Source of the DNA: Candidatus Pacearchaeota archaeon
Lineage (GTDB): Archaea; Nanobdellota; Nanobdellia; Pacearchaeales; GW2011-AR1
Assembly (NCBI GenBank): GCA_038885615.1
Contig: JAVZZP010000001.1
Span: 198,646-262,645, forward strand
Direction of reading: 5' to 3'
Length of the DNA stretch: 64,000 nucleotides
Part shown: positions 38,735 through 46,986 of the stretch, piece after piece
Layout: every line of letters starts with the position of its first letter
Position numbering within the stretch: position 1 is the stretch's first letter
Notes under the pieces: generated by a model
Databases searched by the model: none
Seen by the model: only the letters and a program-made list of their open reading frames with translations
Told to the model about the DNA's origin: nothing
Translations under genes and position numbers: made by a program

Positions 38735-38833
38735 TAAAAGCAAAGCTTTAAAAACAAAATTTCAAATAAAAAATAACCTGCGAGCTAACGCGTTTAGTAG
38801 GTAAAACTGCTTCTCGTTAGCTTATATTAAAAA

Positions 38834-39205
38834 ATGAAACAAAACATATCAAAAACAAAAATTGAAAAAAAAGCTTCAAAAAAAACAAACAAAGAATTAG
38901 CTAAGCTGATAAACTCTTTAAAAAAGATTAATCTTGAATATGCTCATTATTTATCTTTTCCAAAAAGAAAAAGAATAGAAAAGAACCTTGATGAGATAGA
39001 AAAAGAAACAAAAGAAAATGATGTTGTCTTTGTCCCAGGAAAAGTTTTAAGTAGCGGAGAGTTGAATAAAAAAATAAAAATTATAGCTTGGAAATTTTCA
39101 GAAAAAGCTGTTGAAAAAATAAAAAAATCTAAAAGTGAAGCTATTTTGATAGAAGAAGAATTAAAGAAAAATCCACAATTAAAAGGAGTTAAATTATTAA
39201 AATGA
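38834..39205 (+). CDS. rpl18e: ribosomal protein L18e
   Basis: Basic 123-aa protein at the conserved position upstream of rpl13-rps9. Confidence 0.7.
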   Translation: MKQNISKTKIEKKASKKTNKELAKLINSLKKINLEYAHYLSFPKRKRIEKNLDEIEKETKENDVVFVPGKVLSSGELNKKIKIIAWKFSEKAVEKIKKSKSEAILIEEELKKNPQLKGVKLLK

Positions 39206-39600
39206 AAATCTATGTCGATGCAGACGGAGTTCAAATAGGAAGATTGGGAAGTTTTGTAGCTAAAAAGGCATTAGAAGGTGATGAAGTTATTGTCTTAAAT
39301 TCTGAAAAAGCAATAATATCTGGAAAAAAAGAGAATGTTCTTAATGAAATTATAAATTGGAAAAATAAAGGTGGAAAAAGCTTGAAAGGTCCGAAGGTTT
39401 CTAGATACCCTCATTTACTTTTAAAGAGAATGATAAGAGGAATGCTTCCATGGGATAAAACTCGAGGGAGAGAGGCATATAAAAGAATAAAATGCTTTTT
39501 AAGTGGTGATGTAAAAGCCGATGGAAAAATAATAAAGCTTGATACAAAAAAACCATTAAAATTTGTCCAACTAAATGAAATTTGTAAACTTCTAGGATGA
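39202..39600 (+). CDS. rpl13: ribosomal protein uL13
   Basis: ...VSRYPHLLLKRMIRGMLPWDKTRGREAYKRIK... is typical of uL13. Confidence 0.9.
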   Translation: MKIYVDADGVQIGRLGSFVAKKALEGDEVIVLNSEKAIISGKKENVLNEIINWKNKGGKSLKGPKVSRYPHLLLKRMIRGMLPWDKTRGREAYKRIKCFLSGDVKADGKIIKLDTKKPLKFVQLNEICKLLG

Positions 39601-40004
39601 CGGAAAAAAGCATAGTTGTATCTGGAAAAAGAAAGACTGCAATAGCTAAAGCGACAATAAAAGAAGGTAATGGAAAGATAACTATAAATAAAAAAGGACT
39701 TTTCTACTTTCCACCTTTAAACAGGATGGAAGTTGAAGAACCTTTGTTAATTGCAGACGAAGTTTTAGGAAAAAGAGATTACGATATTGAGGTTAATGTT
39801 AAAGGTGGGGGGATTGCTTCACAGACGGAAGCAACGAGATTAGCTGTTGCGAGGGCTATTATCAAATTCACAAAAAATGAATCTTTGAAAAGAGCTTATT
39901 TAAATTACGACAGAAATCTTTTAGTTGCAGACACGAGAAGAAAAGAAACATATAAACCGAGGGACTCAAAAGCAAGAGCAAGAAGGCAGAAGAGTTACAG
40001 ATAA
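39597..40004 (+). CDS. rps9: ribosomal protein uS9
   Basis: GGGIASQTEA...ARAI and C-terminal ...RRQKSYR. Confidence 0.9.
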   Translation: MTEKSIVVSGKRKTAIAKATIKEGNGKITINKKGLFYFPPLNRMEVEEPLLIADEVLGKRDYDIEVNVKGGGIASQTEATRLAVARAIIKFTKNESLKRAYLNYDRNLLVADTRRKETYKPRDSKARARRQKSYR

Positions 40005-40412
40005 TTATATTTCTATATTGTACCAATAGTCTGTTAAATCAAAACGAGGGGGCAAAACTTGATAGTCGGAATGAACGAAATAAAGATCAATCCATCTTCT
40101 TTTTTCTTCTGTTTTTTGTTTTAAAATTGGATCGAGAACTTTCCTTTTGTATTCTAATAGATCCATAGGCAGAGCATTCGGAACAACTAACTTAAAATCA
40201 ACATCGCTTCTTTCATTATCCCAATTATTCTCCGTAGCGTGAGAGCCAATTAAATAAACTTTTTCTACTAGTCTAAAATCGTCTGGGAAAATAAAATTTT
40301 CTTGGCAAAAATTTTCAAGGTTACCTAAATAAACTTTTTTTGCTCTTTCTAGCTTTAATAAAAGTTCAACTGTTGGATTTCCTTCTTTGTCTAAAAATCT
40401 TTGATTTGGCAT
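40005..40412 (-). CDS. Pol-beta superfamily nucleotidyltransferase (NTP_transf_2, MNT-like)
   Basis: LIGSHATENNWDNERSDVDF matches the GS...DxD nucleotidyltransferase motif. Confidence 0.65.
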   Translation of the reverse strand: MPNQRFLDKEGNPTVELLLKLERAKKVYLGNLENFCQENFIFPDDFRLVEKVYLIGSHATENNWDNERSDVDFKLVVPNALPMDLLEYKRKVLDPILKQKTEEKRRWIDLYFVHSDYQVLPPRFDLTDYWYNIEI

Positions 40413-40505
40413 AAAAATAATAAAAAACTGGGGTTTATAAATGTTGTCTTATTATAGTAGTTACAAAAAAGAAAGATTTAAATAGAGAAAAAAATAATAA
40501 AGAAT

Positions 40506-41315
40506 ATGGGGAAGATAGAATATAAACCAAGAAGAATTGATGATTTATTAATTGTGGAAGGATTATGCGGAATTGCTCAACTAGATAAAGAACCAAGTAC
40601 AAGAAACACCTGGTTTGTTGTTGGGGGAATTGCGACTCAGAGTTATCTTCCTAGTAGATGCAGAAGACCTACTTCCGATATAGATTTGGCTTTATTAACA
40701 CCTCTAAGTTATTCAGATTTTAAAAAATATTCAAAACCTGTAAGAGAATATTTAGGTGATAAGGGATTTAATGTAGAAGAAAAAAAGGGACATAATGCCT
40801 ATATGATAATATATACTCAAGAAGAACAAAGAGGAGTGATAGAGTTTTCTAGAAGAAATAAAAAAAAGATTTCAAAAGTTATTAAAAGATTAGAAGACGA
40901 ATTAGAAAATTCTAGAGTAAAAATAGTAGAAGGAAGAAATGAAAGTTATCGCGTTTCTAGTCCTGAAGACATTGTTTCTCCAAAAATAGTAAGGGGAATA
41001 AGAGCGCTAAAAGAATATGAGGAACTAGAAGCATATCTAAAGAATGCTTATCCTATAACCGATGATGGAATAGAAAGAGATTTAAGAAAAATAGATGAGA
41101 TAAGGGAAGAGGCAAGAATGTTAAATGATGATTTGAGTTTAGTTACTAGATTAAGGTTCGCAGCAGATGTATATGATATAAAGGTTCTGTCAGAATTAAC
41201 AGGATTTAATATAGAATATTTAAAAAAATCTATGAGTAGATGGGATTCTCTTCAAGAAGATTCCCCTGAAAAAAGAAAAATAATTAGTTGCCTTTTGCCT
41301 TTTTTAGATTTTTAA
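40506..41315 (+). CDS. AbiEii/DUF1814-like nucleotidyltransferase
   Basis: VVGGIATQSYLPSRCRRPTSDIDLAL (GG...R.TSDIDL motif) in a 269-aa protein, divergent from the MNT-like gene. Confidence 0.45.
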   Translation: MGKIEYKPRRIDDLLIVEGLCGIAQLDKEPSTRNTWFVVGGIATQSYLPSRCRRPTSDIDLALLTPLSYSDFKKYSKPVREYLGDKGFNVEEKKGHNAYMIIYTQEEQRGVIEFSRRNKKKISKVIKRLEDELENSRVKIVEGRNESYRVSSPEDIVSPKIVRGIRALKEYEELEAYLKNAYPITDDGIERDLRKIDEIREEARMLNDDLSLVTRLRFAADVYDIKVLSELTGFNIEYLKKSMSRWDSLQEDSPEKRKIISCLLPFLDF

Positions 41316-41818
41316 ATCTTTCTCTGCACAGCATAAAAAATTTCTGGAGAAATTAAAGGCTTATGGTTTCCTTTAAAGATTTTTCCTCCGAATTTTATTT
41401 CTCCGAGATAAGTTCTATTTGTTAATATTTTTTTTAGACCATTAACTGAAAGAGAATATTTTTTTGCGAGAGCATTGAGAGAAATATCTGTTTCCAAGAA
41501 TTCTTTAAAAATTGAGTGAACCTTTGACGAATCTTGGTTTTCGACTAAATTTCCATCGATTAAATCATAGCCAAGAGGTGCTCTGGACATTATTTTGCCG
41601 CATTCTGCTTTTTTTTCCATTCCTTTCTTTTGAGAATCGCCAAATTTTTGGCCGTATTTTTTAAAAGTTTCAAGATTTTTCCAATCAACTTTTTCTTCTG
41701 TATATCTATAAAAGTCTTCGGTATTTTTTGGAGCAAAAAAAGCACAAAAAGAACAAAGTTTTTTCCCAAATATTTCTTTTTCCTTAATATCTATATACCC
41801 GCATTTTTCACAAACCAT
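41312..41818 (-). CDS. serine-recombinase Recombinase-domain protein lacking the catalytic resolvase domain; N-terminal Zn ribbon
   Basis: APLGYDLIDGNLVENQDSSKVHSIFKEF...ILTNRTYLGEIKFGGKIFKGNHKPLISPEIFYAVQ matches the PF07508-type recombinase domain. N-terminal CxxC...CxxC; no catalytic Ser region. Confidence 0.55.
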   Translation of the reverse strand: MVCEKCGYIDIKEKEIFGKKLCSFCAFFAPKNTEDFYRYTEEKVDWKNLETFKKYGQKFGDSQKKGMEKKAECGKIMSRAPLGYDLIDGNLVENQDSSKVHSIFKEFLETDISLNALAKKYSLSVNGLKKILTNRTYLGEIKFGGKIFKGNHKPLISPEIFYAVQRKI

Positions 41819-41896
41819 CTTTAAATAAATTTTTTTTCTTTTAAATATATTTTGAATTCTAAAAAAGATTTAAAAGAATAATGAAAAAAACAAAAA

Positions 41897-42475
41897 ATGA
41901 GTGAAAATCTTTGGTGTGGTGCAGACGATTCAAATCATGCTGGAACAACAAAAGGCGAGTTTATTGTTGTAACTTTTTCTACACTAAAAGAAGATAGTAT
42001 TGTGAAACCATTTCCAAATCACCGCCAAAGAGATGAAACAAATTTATGGTTAGAAAACCAACGAAGAGATTTCAGATTTACTCTTTTAACAAGAGAAGAT
42101 TATAGGCATCGCGGAGATAATGTACCAAAAATTGCCCCTTTTATTGTCGCTTATTATTTAAGAGAAAAAAAAGAAGCTTATAAACAAGTTAACTTATACT
42201 TAGATGGATGGTTAAATGGAGAGACAAAAAGGTTTATTCGAGAAATTATATCTGCGGAAGGAATAGAAAGAGTTGTTGTAGATAACTTTACAAAAAAAGG
42301 AAAAAATAAATTTCAAAAAAGGCATTTTTGTCCTGAACTGGTTTATAGAGCCGATAATTTAGCACATATGTTATTTAGATATGATGGACCAATAGAAGAA
42401 TTACTTAATGACTCTCGTCTTGTTCCTTTTGAATCTCTGCAGAAAATTGCTCACGAAAAAGGATATTGTCTATAG
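41897..42475 (+). CDS. hypothetical protein (WCGADDSNHAG motif; possible C-terminal Rx5H HEPN-like motif)
   Basis: No confident family match. RADNLAH near the C-terminus fits Rx4-6H. Convergently overlaps the recombinase gene by about 70 nt. Confidence 0.25.
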   Translation: MSENLWCGADDSNHAGTTKGEFIVVTFSTLKEDSIVKPFPNHRQRDETNLWLENQRRDFRFTLLTREDYRHRGDNVPKIAPFIVAYYLREKKEAYKQVNLYLDGWLNGETKRFIREIISAEGIERVVVDNFTKKGKNKFQKRHFCPELVYRADNLAHMLFRYDGPIEELLNDSRLVPFESLQKIAHEKGYCL

Positions 42476-43286
42476 GGCTTTTTATTTTTCTTAATTCTTC
42501 GTTTGAAACATGGGTGTAGATTTGAGTTGTTGATAAATTTGTATGGCCTAAAAGTTCTTGAATTTTTCTTATATCTATGCCAGATTCAAGAAGATGGGTA
42601 GCAAAAGAATGTCTTAAAGTATGTGGGTGAACTTCTTTATCTATTCCGGCTTTTTTAGCCGCAGATTGAACTATTTTTTGGATGTTTCTTTCAGAAAGAG
42701 GTTTATCTTTTGAAGAAAAAAGATATTCTTGATTTTCATTTTTTCTTTTTTCTACAATCTCCTTTAAATCCTCTAAAAGAGAATCCGGGATATTAAAAAT
42801 TCTATCTTTTTTTCCTTTTCCTTGACGAATAAAACCAATTTTCTCATTAAAATTTATATCTTCAATTTTAAGATGCGTCAGTTCTGAAACTCTCATTCCA
42901 CAGGCATAAAGAAGAGATACCATTAATCTTGACTTTTTATTTTTTATAACTAAAATAAGACGAGAGACTTCTTCCTTTGTTAAAACGGCAGGTATCTTTT
43001 TTTCTCTTTTTGGTCTTTTTATACCTTCTGTTATATCTTTTTTCAATATTGAGGAAAAAGAAAATTTTATTGCTGCTAAAAAAGATATTATTGAAATTGC
43101 TGCCTTGTCTGAAAGTTTTTCAACAATATACTTCTTGACGTCATCTGAATCTATTTTTTCCAAGGGTTTATTAGTATAGTCTAGAAAAAGCCTGTTTTTT
43201 ATAAGATAATTTTTTATAGTGTGCTCCGAGTTCTTTGAAATTTTTAACTCTATTTCCAGTTTTTTTAAAAATTCTTCTTTTTCCAT
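42405..43286 (-). CDS. tyrosine recombinase XerC/D (XerA-like), intact
   Basis: GMRVSEL (Arg), [15 protein letters not shown] (HxxR) and IYTHV (Tyr). 293 aa; paralog of the frameshifted copy at 5134-5929. Confidence 0.85.
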   Translation of the reverse strand: MEKEEFLKKLEIELKISKNSEHTIKNYLIKNRLFLDYTNKPLEKIDSDDVKKYIVEKLSDKAAISIISFLAAIKFSFSSILKKDITEGIKRPKREKKIPAVLTKEEVSRLILVIKNKKSRLMVSLLYACGMRVSELTHLKIEDINFNEKIGFIRQGKGKKDRIFNIPDSLLEDLKEIVEKRKNENQEYLFSSKDKPLSERNIQKIVQSAAKKAGIDKEVHPHTLRHSFATHLLESGIDIRKIQELLGHTNLSTTQIYTHVSNEELRKIKSPIDNILFREQFSAEIQKEQDESH

Positions 43287-43322
43287 AACAAAGATTATGC
43301 GAAGTTATTTAAATAAGTTTTT

Positions 43323-43671
43323 ATGTTGAATTTTATGGAAAAAATAAGCTGGCAAGATTTTGAGAAAGTTGAGTTAAGGGTTGGAACAATATTAAATGCT
43401 GAAGATTTCCCGGAAGCAAGAAAAGCTGCCTACAAACTAACTATTGATTTAGGCTATTTCGGAATAAAAAAATCTAGCGCTCAAATTACTAAACTGTATA
43501 AAAAAGAAGAACTAGTCGGAAAACAAGTTTTTATGTGTCACCAACTTTCCACCAAAACAAATTGCAAATTTTGTTTCTGAAGTTTTAGTAACAGGTTTTG
43601 TCCTTGATAATGGCGAAGTGGTCTTGGCTGTACCTGAAAGAAAAATCCCTAATGGAACAAAGTTATTATAG
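43323..43671 (+). pseudogene. tRNA-binding domain protein (Trbp111/CsaA, MetRS C-terminal-like) with a frameshift in an AAAA run
   Basis: [12 protein letters not shown]...LVGK in frame 1, then [49 protein letters not shown] in the +1 frame. The join lies at ggaaaacaag (about 43515-43524). Confidence 0.65.
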
Positions 43672-43705
43672 ATAACTTTTTATAGTTAAAAATAAAATAA
43701 AAAAA

Positions 43706-44452
43706 ATGGCAAGAGGTGCTAGTGGTTCTTTAAAAGAAGTTGAAGAATTTCCTCGCAGAATAAAGATATTTTTGTGGATAATTATCTTGCTCTTTTTAAC
43801 AGGAACTTTATCTTTCAAACTTTTAGGTGAAAACACTTTTTTTGATGCTTTTTTTAGAACATTACAGACCCTTGCATTTATGTTTAAGGATGAAGCAAAT
43901 GTTGGAGAAAGATTCTTAGAGATATTTTTAGCAATAGTTGGGGTTTTCTTTGTTTGGTGGGTTTTGTGGAGTATAGCTGACATGTTGCTTGATGGAAGTT
44001 TGAGGAAATATTTAAAAACAAAGTATTATCAGTTAAAATTAAAAGAAATGGAAAATCATATTATAATAGCTGGTGGGGGAAGATCAGGCGAAGAAATAGC
44101 AAAAATTCTAACTGGAAAAAAAGAAAAGTTTGTAATTACTGATGTAAATAAAGAAGTTGTTGATAATCTAAGAAAAAAAGGTTATATCGTAATTGAAGGA
44201 AGCCCTGATCAAGAAGAAACTTTGCTTAATGCAGGAATAAAAAAAGCTAAGAAACTTATTTTGACCACACCAAAAACAGAAGTAAACCTAATGGCTACGA
44301 TAACTGCAAAAGAACTTAACCCAAATATAGAAGTTTATGCTAGATGTGAGAATCCAAAACATATTTCCAAGTTAAAAAAAGCGGGAGCAAAAATTGCTGT
44401 TGTACCTGAAGTTATAGCTGCTGACAAGATGGCTGAGGAGTTGGGGATTTAA
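43706..44452 (+). CDS. RCK/TrkA-N domain ion-channel-like protein (2 TM plus Rossmann domain), no canonical GYG filter
   Basis: IIIAGGGRSGEEIAK glycine-rich NAD-binding fold, with two N-terminal TM helices. Confidence 0.55.
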   Translation: MARGASGSLKEVEEFPRRIKIFLWIIILLFLTGTLSFKLLGENTFFDAFFRTLQTLAFMFKDEANVGERFLEIFLAIVGVFFVWWVLWSIADMLLDGSLRKYLKTKYYQLKLKEMENHIIIAGGGRSGEEIAKILTGKKEKFVITDVNKEVVDNLRKKGYIVIEGSPDQEETLLNAGIKKAKKLILTTPKTEVNLMATITAKELNPNIEVYARCENPKHISKLKKAGAKIAVVPEVIAADKMAEELGI

Positions 44453-44760
44453 CTAAGGTAAGCTTAGTGCATAAAAATAAGGAAATTTTAGGTTCGCATA
44501 ATATATCTTATACGAACTTTTTTAGTTTTTTAAAGATAAAAAAAAGATTATTTAAACTAAGGTAAGCTTAGTACAAAAAAATTATTTGAATATTTTAATA
44601 ATAATTATCTTTAAAGAACATAAATAAGAATAAAAAAAGTTTAAGTAATACTGAGAACAAAAGAAAAAAGAACCAGACAAAATAATGCACCCCCTTAAAT
44701 AAAAGTTGGCTGAAGTATAAAATTCTTAACAGGTTTGCACAAAGGTTAACTTAGTTAACT
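44451..44760. repeat. AT-rich intergenic region with repeated hairpin elements
   Basis: actaaggtaagcttagt occurs twice, about 100 nt apart (about 44454-44470 and 44552-44568), each a 6-bp stem hairpin. Also gttcgcata...tatacgaac and gttaac-tta-gttaac palindromes. Confidence 0.4.
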
Positions 44761-45010
44761 ACTCAAAAAATCTAAAAACAATTGAAAGAATGGTAAAAAT
44801 AATAACAATCCAACCAGTTACAATCGTAACAACTAAAGGAATAAAAATAACTTTTAAATTTAAAATTCCTGTTGCCATACCAGCACCTACACTCAGAGAA
44901 ACTAGAATACTTACTATCCAACTCAAAAAAGATACTACTTTATCTAACCTAAAAGAGTTCTTGTTTTTTTCTTTTATATTTTGATCTTTTCCGTTTTTCA
45001 TATTAACCAA
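44759..45010 (-). CDS. small membrane protein, hypothetical
   Basis: 83 aa, two TM helices. Confidence 0.3.
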   Translation of the reverse strand: MVNMKNGKDQNIKEKNKNSFRLDKVVSFLSWIVSILVSLSVGAGMATGILNLKVIFIPLVVTIVTGWIVIIFTILSIVFRFFE

Positions 45011-45293
45011 TCTTTCTTTTTCTTGAAAGTAAAGTAATAGTTAAAAATATGGCTACAAAAGAAAAGGCTAAGGAGTATAAAACACTCTTTAAAGGATCTA
45101 AATATCGACCAAAATAAAGATTCTCGCTTATTGTTTTCCCAGTAGTGAAACTAAAAGAACAAAAATCCCAGGAAGAAGGAACACTTATAATGTTGTGTAC
45201 TTTTTTACATGGGACTATAGAAAAGTTAAATGAAAGATATACTAAAAGCAAAGAAAAAATAAAGGAAATTAAAATTTTCCGTGTAAATTTCAT
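45003..45293 (-). CDS. small membrane protein, hypothetical
   Basis: 96 aa, two to three TM helices. Confidence 0.3.
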   Translation of the reverse strand: MKFTRKILISFIFSLLLVYLSFNFSIVPCKKVHNIISVPSSWDFCSFSFTTGKTISENLYFGRYLDPLKSVLYSLAFSFVAIFLTITLLSRKRKIG

Positions 45294-45349
45294 AAAATAA
45301 TAGAGGTTTTGGAGTTTAAAAAGTTATTGGTTAAAACAAAAAATTAAAC

Positions 45350-45540
45350 AAAGTGTTTATAAAGATTCAAAAAAAATGGGTGTTTAAACAGCTTTTAAAA
45401 AAAAGTCTTTATTTAGAGAAAAAAACAAAGAAAAAAAATATTGTGAAAAATTATCGTCTATTTTTTTAGGTGTTTGGTGTTTAAACAGGTAAAATAAACG
45501 GCTGTTTAAATTATAAACACGCTGTTTGAACAGGTCAAAA
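45350..45540. promoter_or_regulatory. cluster of about five palindromic TGTTTAAACA / CTGTTYRAACAG motifs upstream of the wHTH gene at 45580
   Basis: gtgtttataaag, ggtgtttaaacagct, ggtgtttggtgtttaaacagg, ggctgtttaaatt, gctgtttgaacaggtc. The same motif recurs three times in tandem inside the gene (about 45860-45895). Confidence 0.5.
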
Positions 45541-45579
45541 AAAGGAAAAATTTAAAAAGGAAAAAGAAAAAATAAATTT

Positions 45580-46194
45580 ATGCTCTGGTTTTTTAAAAGA
45601 AAAAGGGAGATAGAAAACCTAAAAGAAGAAGTTATTAATTCTTTTTCTAGAGTAAAGGAAGATTTTTCAAAGATTGGATCTTGGATAAAAAATTTCGACG
45701 AAAAAAATACGAACAATGAAAAAGAGATCTTATTATTGAAGGAAAAGATTGGTTTTTTAGAAAATGAAATAGCCGAAATAAAAGAAGCTCTTGTTATCTT
45801 AAAAGGAGGGGTGTTTAAACATAAACAAACAGCTGTTTATAAACAAACAGGGGGTGTTGATGTTCAAACAGCTGTTCAAACAGCTGTTCAAACAGCTATT
45901 TTAGACAGATTAACTCCTAGTGAAAGATCAATTGTTTTAGCATTAATTTACTCTGACATGAAACTGAGTTACGAAGATCTTGCTGCGATGCTAGGAAAAG
46001 ATAAAAGCACTATAAGAGGACAAATAAACGCAATAAAGCAGAAAAGTGAGGGTTTAATAGAAGAAATAACTGAAGAAAACGGAAAAAAGAGAGTTTTTAT
46101 CCCAGAAGAAATAGGAAAAATGTTAATAAAAACTATAAAAGTGAGAGTAAAAAACAAAAAAGAAAGGGAAAAAGAAGAGAATAATCAAATCTAA
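45580..46194 (+). CDS. coiled-coil plus winged-helix DNA-binding protein with a VQTA tandem-repeat linker
   Basis: C-terminal SIVLALIYSDMKLSYEDLAAMLGKDKSTIRGQINAIK (wHTH). Linker encoded by a 12-nt tandem repeat gttcaaacagct x3. Confidence 0.5.
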   Translation: MLWFFKRKREIENLKEEVINSFSRVKEDFSKIGSWIKNFDEKNTNNEKEILLLKEKIGFLENEIAEIKEALVILKGGVFKHKQTAVYKQTGGVDVQTAVQTAVQTAILDRLTPSERSIVLALIYSDMKLSYEDLAAMLGKDKSTIRGQINAIKQKSEGLIEEITEENGKKRVFIPEEIGKMLIKTIKVRVKNKKEREKEENNQI

Positions 46195-46253
46195 AATAAA
46201 AAAGTGAGAAGCAAATTGAAATAATTTATTCGTTTAAACGAATAGTTAAAAAT

Positions 46254-46952
46254 CTATATCTCTCTTAGTCTTAAAAGAGTAGAAAGTGGGACTAATTTTT
46301 TAAAATCGGGAGATATTTTCAATTTTACTTGCTTGTTATTTTGCTTAATTTTAAAAAGTGGAACTCCTTTAAGTAGCAATTTATTCGTATAATCTCTTAT
46401 TGAAGACTCTGTAAGGTTTAAATGATTTGCTAAAACGCGATAAGTTATGTCTTCTAAACCCTGATCCTCTAAAGAATATATTGTAGAAAAAAGCAGCATC
46501 TCTCTATTAGTTAATGACTTAAATTTAACTCTTATCTCTTTCTTAATGCTATCCAATGAATCTAGGAGATCTTGGGCCTTTTTTAATTCATCTATTGATG
46601 ACTTTTTAATATCAGGACTTATAAAAAAATGTCCAAATGAGGAATTTATGTCTGTCTGTTGGTTTGTCTGTCTGTCTGTTGGTTTGTCTGTTGTAACCCC
46701 CTTATTTCCTGTGGAAATATCGAAATTTTGGCTTTTTAACCCCTTTATTTCCTGTGGAAGTGCTGTGAAATCTGTTGGATTATCTGCTGTTATTTGATTT
46801 TCTGTCGTACTTTTTCCTTCTATCTGCTGTTTTTTTTGTGGGGCCTCTTTTTGCTCTAATTCATAAATCTTTTCATTTAATCTCTTAATCTCTTCTTTTA
46901 AAAATGAAATTTCTTCTTTAACTTTAATAAATGCCTCTTTTACAGGATCCAT
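46254..46952 (-). CDS. coiled-coil plus winged-helix DNA-binding protein, paralog of 45580-46194, with a repetitive linker
   Basis: C-terminal MLLFSTIYSLEDQGLEDITYRVLANHLNLTESSIRDYTNKLL. The coding region has internal nucleotide repeats (gtctgttggtttgtctgtct x2; aaccccttatttcctgtggaa x2). Confidence 0.5.
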   Translation of the reverse strand: MDPVKEAFIKVKEEISFLKEEIKRLNEKIYELEQKEAPQKKQQIEGKSTTENQITADNPTDFTALPQEIKGLKSQNFDISTGNKGVTTDKPTDRQTNQQTDINSSFGHFFISPDIKKSSIDELKKAQDLLDSLDSIKKEIRVKFKSLTNREMLLFSTIYSLEDQGLEDITYRVLANHLNLTESSIRDYTNKLLLKGVPLFKIKQNNKQVKLKISPDFKKLVPLSTLLRLREI

Positions 46953-46986
46953 AAAAAAAACAATACAAATGCCTTTAAAATTTTAT

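Noticed and set aside
38513-38737. 74-aa plus-strand ORF
   Set aside because: Lies entirely within tRNA-Leu (with intron) and its 3' repeat.
38631-38740. Possible second intact tRNA downstream of tRNA-Leu
   Set aside because: A T-arm-like 3' end is present, but no complementary acceptor 5' strand or D/anticodon arms could be folded. Treated as a repeat or relic, not a tRNA gene.
43666-43983. Minus-strand 105-aa ORF
   Set aside because: Antisense overlap with the start of the RCK-channel gene; basic low-complexity translation.
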